From Chiloscyllium plagiosum (taxonomy: Eukaryota), in contig NC_057752.1 of assembly GCF_004010195.1 (NCBI RefSeq), positions 3,335,006-3,399,005 on the forward strand: a stretch of DNA of 64,000 bases, read 5' to 3'. The position numbers were made by a program, and so were the translations under genes. This document shows, piece by piece, positions 60,212-64,000 of this stretch. The notes under the pieces were generated by a model. The model worked only from the letters and a program-made list of their open reading frames with translations. It was not told the origin of the DNA and made no database searches. How positions within the stretch are numbered: the first letter of the stretch is position 1; the number at the start of each line of letters is the position of its first letter.

Positions 60212-60769
60212 GTATATTTTCAGTGTTATTGTGTTTGTTGCTGCTCACATTGGATAGCTGGAGTAATTTTGACCCATACATACACACACACACCCATACA
60301 CACACTTACAGTGTAAAAGCAGGAGATGCCCTGCCCAATATGCAAGACACCTCAAAGTCAAAATGACCCCTGAGGGTATTAACTGCCTTTGGAATACAAA
60401 CTCCAGGGAACTGAAAGGTTACAGCACCATAGCTCCTATTGGCTCAGTGACTTGGTTTGAAATGAATTCAATCTTCATTCAGCTAATTGAGTCCTTTTCA
60501 TGCTATTAATTTGACACATCAAATGATTTGGTTTAGGTTACTGTCCAAAGTTAATCTGCCATTACTTGAGTGCATAAATAATAATGGAGTTCAAATTAAA
60601 ATGTATTACTTTGATTTAAATTTTTATCATGTTTCAAGGCAGAATTGTAATGCAAGAGAAATTGGACGTTTAAGTTCTTCTACAAATGGGAGTCAGGAAT
60701 TAATATTTAAATAACAGCATTGATGGTTTGGCCGGATTATTGGAACATCTTTTGCAATCCAATCAGACA

Positions 60770-61110
60770 TGGGTATCACCAACAATGCCAACAGTTTTTG
60801 CCCATCCCTATGAGCCCTCGAATTGGGTGGCTTACGAGGGCAATTTCAGAGCTGGGCAGGTTAAGGGTCAACCACATAGCTGTGGGTCTGGAGTCACGTG
60901 TAGACCAGACTGGCGAGGATGGCAGATTCTCTTCCTTCAATATGGCACTGGTGAACCAGGCGGGTTTTTGCAATGCAGAGTTGCCATTCAATTGAACTGT
61001 GTTCAATTTTCTTCATCAAATTTGAATTTCACCACCTGCAAAGGTGGGACTTATACCCATGTGCCCACAACATGGGTCTGAACAAGTCTTATCCAGTGAC
61101 ATTACCACAG
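60770..61110 (-). mobile_element. Second tRNA-derived SINE family (degenerate)
   Basis: tttgcccatccc..gggtcaaccacatagctgtgggtctggagtcacgtgtagaccagac..ggatggcagatt..gtgaaccag..ccagtgacattaccac. Confidence 0.7.
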
Positions 61111-61619
61111 TCTCCAACTTCAGGGCTCTACGAATATACTTGGATTCCTCGATTTCCATAGAGACATTCCACTTGTGTTGCAACAGAATAAACATCACAC
61201 TATGCTCATTAACTGCTTGAGATGTGTGAAATGGACATTATTACACTTTCTGTCCTTTCTGTCAAAACTCCAGCAGTTAATCAAATATCCACTCTCCAGG
61301 GTACACAGTTGGGGACCATTTTCGTGATTCGAGTCTATGCCAAATGAATAACTCGAGGAAATCCTTTCTTTGCATTTCTTGTTAAAATTCTTGGTGGTGC
61401 GAACAAACAAAAAAGACACCCAAGCCACGTGAGGAGATAAGAGAACAGGAGATCTAAGGCCTGGTGAAAGAGGTAGGCATTAAAGAGTGCCTTCGAGGAT
61501 TGGAGAGAGTGAGAGAGATGCAGAGGTTTCGGGAGGTAACTGAAGCCTCAGCCACCAACAGCTATTGTGAAGGGATTTAAATCAGGATGCATAAGAGACC
61601 AGAATTAGAGGAACACAAC

Positions 61620-62125
61620 GATAGGAGCAAAATTAGGCCATTCAGCCCATCGGGTCTGCTCCACCATTCGATCATGGCTGATACGCTTCTCAAACCCAAT
61701 CCCCTGCCTTCTCGCCATAACCCTCGATCCCGGTACCAATCAAGAACCTATCTCACTCTGTCTTAAAGGCCCCAATAGCTTGGCCTCCACAGCCCTCTGT
61801 CACACCGAGTTCCACAGATTCCCCTCGGACTGAAGAAATCCCTCCTCATCTCATTTCTGAAGGGTCGTCCCTTCACTCTGAGGTTGTGCCCTTGGGTCCT
61901 AGTCTCTCCCACCAATGGAAACATCGTCTCCACGTCCACTCTATCCAAGCCTCTCAGGATTTCAATCTGATTCCCCCGCTCATCCGACTCAACACTACAG
62001 GCCCGATGTTCTGAACCGCTCCTCATGACAAGCCCTTCATCCCTGGATCATTCTTGTGAAACACCTCTGGACCCCCTCCAATGCTAGCACATCCTTCCTT
62101 ACACATACAGCCCAAAACTGCCTGA
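61620..62125 (-). mobile_element. CR1 LINE 3' fragment (second subfamily)
   Basis: ORF 61763-62026 ILRGLDRVDVETMFPLVGETRTQGHNLRVKGRPFRNEMRRDFFS. Confidence 0.88.
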
Positions 62126-62204
62126 TCCCATGTCTTAAAAATACAAACTCAACCCCCTCTGCCCTTGCATAACCGGCCCAATTCTCCATTCTCCTTTTCA
62201 TTGA

Positions 62205-63135
62205 GTGTCACAGAGTCATACAGCAGGGAAACAGACCCTTCGGCCCAACCAGTCCATAATCCCAAACTAACCTAGTCCCACCTGCCTGCTCCTGGCCCAC
62301 ATCCCTCCAAACCTCTCCTCTTCATGCCCTTATCCAAATGTCTTTTAAATGTTGTAACTGTCCCCATATCCACCACTTCCTCAGGATGTTCATACCACAA
62401 ACGAACCACTCTCTATGTAAAAAAATTTGCCTCTTATGTCTTTTTTAAATCTCTCTTTTCTCACCTTAAAAATGTGCCCCCTTGTCCTGAAATCCCCCAT
62501 CCGAGGGAAAAGAAGTCTACCATTACCTCTATCTATACCCCTCATGATTTTATAAACCTCTATAAGGTCACCTCTCAACATCCTATGCTCCAGTGAAAGA
62601 AGTCCCAGCCTATCCAGCCTCTCTTTATAACTCAAACCTTCCAGACCCAGCAACATCCTGGTAAATCTCTTCTGAACCCTCTCCAGCTGAATAATATCCT
62701 TCCTGTAACTGGGTGACCAGAACTGGACACAGTATTCCAGAAGAGGCCTCACCAATGTCCTGTACAACCTCAACATGACTCATCAACTCCTGTACTCAAA
62801 GGGCTGAGCAATGAAGGCAGGCGTGCCAAATGCCTTCAACAACCCTGTCTATGTGTGACGCAAACGTCAAAGAATTATGTACCTGCACCCCAAGGTCCCT
62901 CTGTTCTTCAACACTACCCAAGGCCCAACCATTAATTGTATAAGCTCTGCCCTTGATATTGTCCCAAACTACAATACCTTACATTTCTCCAGATTGAATT
63001 CCATCTGCCATTTTTCAGGCCATTGACCCATTTGATCAAGATCCCTTTGTAATCTTAGAAAACCTTCTGCACTGCCAATTGTGCCACCAATTTTGATATC
63101 ATCTGCAAACTTACTAACCACGCCTTCTATATTCT
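62205..63135 (-). mobile_element. CR1 LINE 3' fragment
   Basis: ORF 62390-62776. Same subfamily as 7935-9045 and 54375-55260. Confidence 0.92.
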
Positions 63136-63439
63136 ACATCGAGGCAACATGAATGAGGGGTACAGCAGCAGAGGAGCTAAGACTGGGGTGAAATCAGTCA
63201 AAGGCGCAATTAGTGATTGCACATCTGGGAGGTCAGAGGTCCACCTTGTGTGTAAATGCAGCATCAAGACTGCAAACAGTCTGGTCTAATCCTCTGGCAG
63301 GAAGAGGAATGGAGTTAGTAACTAGGGAATGGGCCCATTGACAATGGCACTGGGTCCAATGATATGACTACTGGGCACAGTCAGAGTAAATAGCATAGAT
63401 TCTCTTGAAGGGACAAGGATGTGCGGGAAGGCAATAGCC

Positions 63440-63725
63440 CGGTGGCATTATCGCTGGACTGTTAATCCAGATAATCTTCCGGGTTCGAATCCTGCGGTGG
63501 CAGATGGTTGAGCTTGAATTCCATATGTTAAGAAAAAATTTGGACTTAAGAGTCTAATGGTGAGCCACAAATCTATTGTCGGGGGGAAAAAAACCCACCT
63601 GGTTCAGTCAGGCCCTTTCGGGAAGGAAACTGCCATCCTGGTCTGGCCTACATGTGACTACAGACCCACAGCAATGTGGGGGTGGGCCTAGCCAGCGGCA
63701 TCCCCCATCCTGTGAATGAATAAAA
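63440..63725 (+). mobile_element. Second tRNA-derived SINE family
   Basis: ggtggcattatcgctggactgttaatccag..gggttcgaatcc (B box)..ggaaggaaactgccatcc..cagacccacagcaatgtgg..gaataaaa. Confidence 0.75.
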
Positions 63726-64000
63726 ACAAATGATACAGTGAGAGGAACCAGGCCCAAGTGGGGTTTCGTCTGGAGTCTCACCACTCTCACAGACCAGTTG
63801 CAGGGTCTGTCTCCGTACTGTAAGTGCAACGTTATTCTGGTTTTGCTCAGTTGACACCAAACCCCATTCCACTGACATCCTTAAAGCCACAGACAGAGAG
63901 ACATCAGTCCAAGCTGGTGTTTGAATCCTGAATGAGGGGGAGTTCTGCAAAGCCAGTCTGGGGCTGGCTAGATCAGAGCGGCCAGACCACAGCACTGCAG

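Overview
Eukaryotic, repeat-dominated, non-coding DNA. The HE1-type tRNA-derived SINEs and HER1/CR1 LINEs that share a 3' tail point to a cartilaginous fish, probably a shark (inference). No host protein-coding gene, RNA gene or CRISPR array can be supported. Every ORF with a recognisable product is a decayed retroelement fragment (CR1/HER1, Rex1/Babar, Penelope-like GIY-YIG, Tx1-like L1). The window also holds solo-LTR-like repeats, a 312-bp TIR element, minisatellites and two assembly gaps. Five structures stand out. (1) A Tx1-like retrotransposon is inserted at the same AAACAGGAGGGT site, just downstream of the CCAAT/TATA-like region of a solo-LTR-like repeat, at two loci (27.5 kb and 58.9-60.1 kb), with stacked re-insertions. 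(2) Two oppositely oriented Penelope copies 18 kb apart share a ~99% identical core and a 32-bp micro-inversion that destroys the YIG motif. (3) A 229-bp inverted repeat has one mismatch and ragged edges. (4) Many short Penelope-derived repeats carry minimal hammerhead-ribozyme cores. (5) A ~1-kb local duplication appears to be written into a pre-existing CR1 copy. Repeat boundaries were read by eye and are approximate unless exact motifs are quoted.
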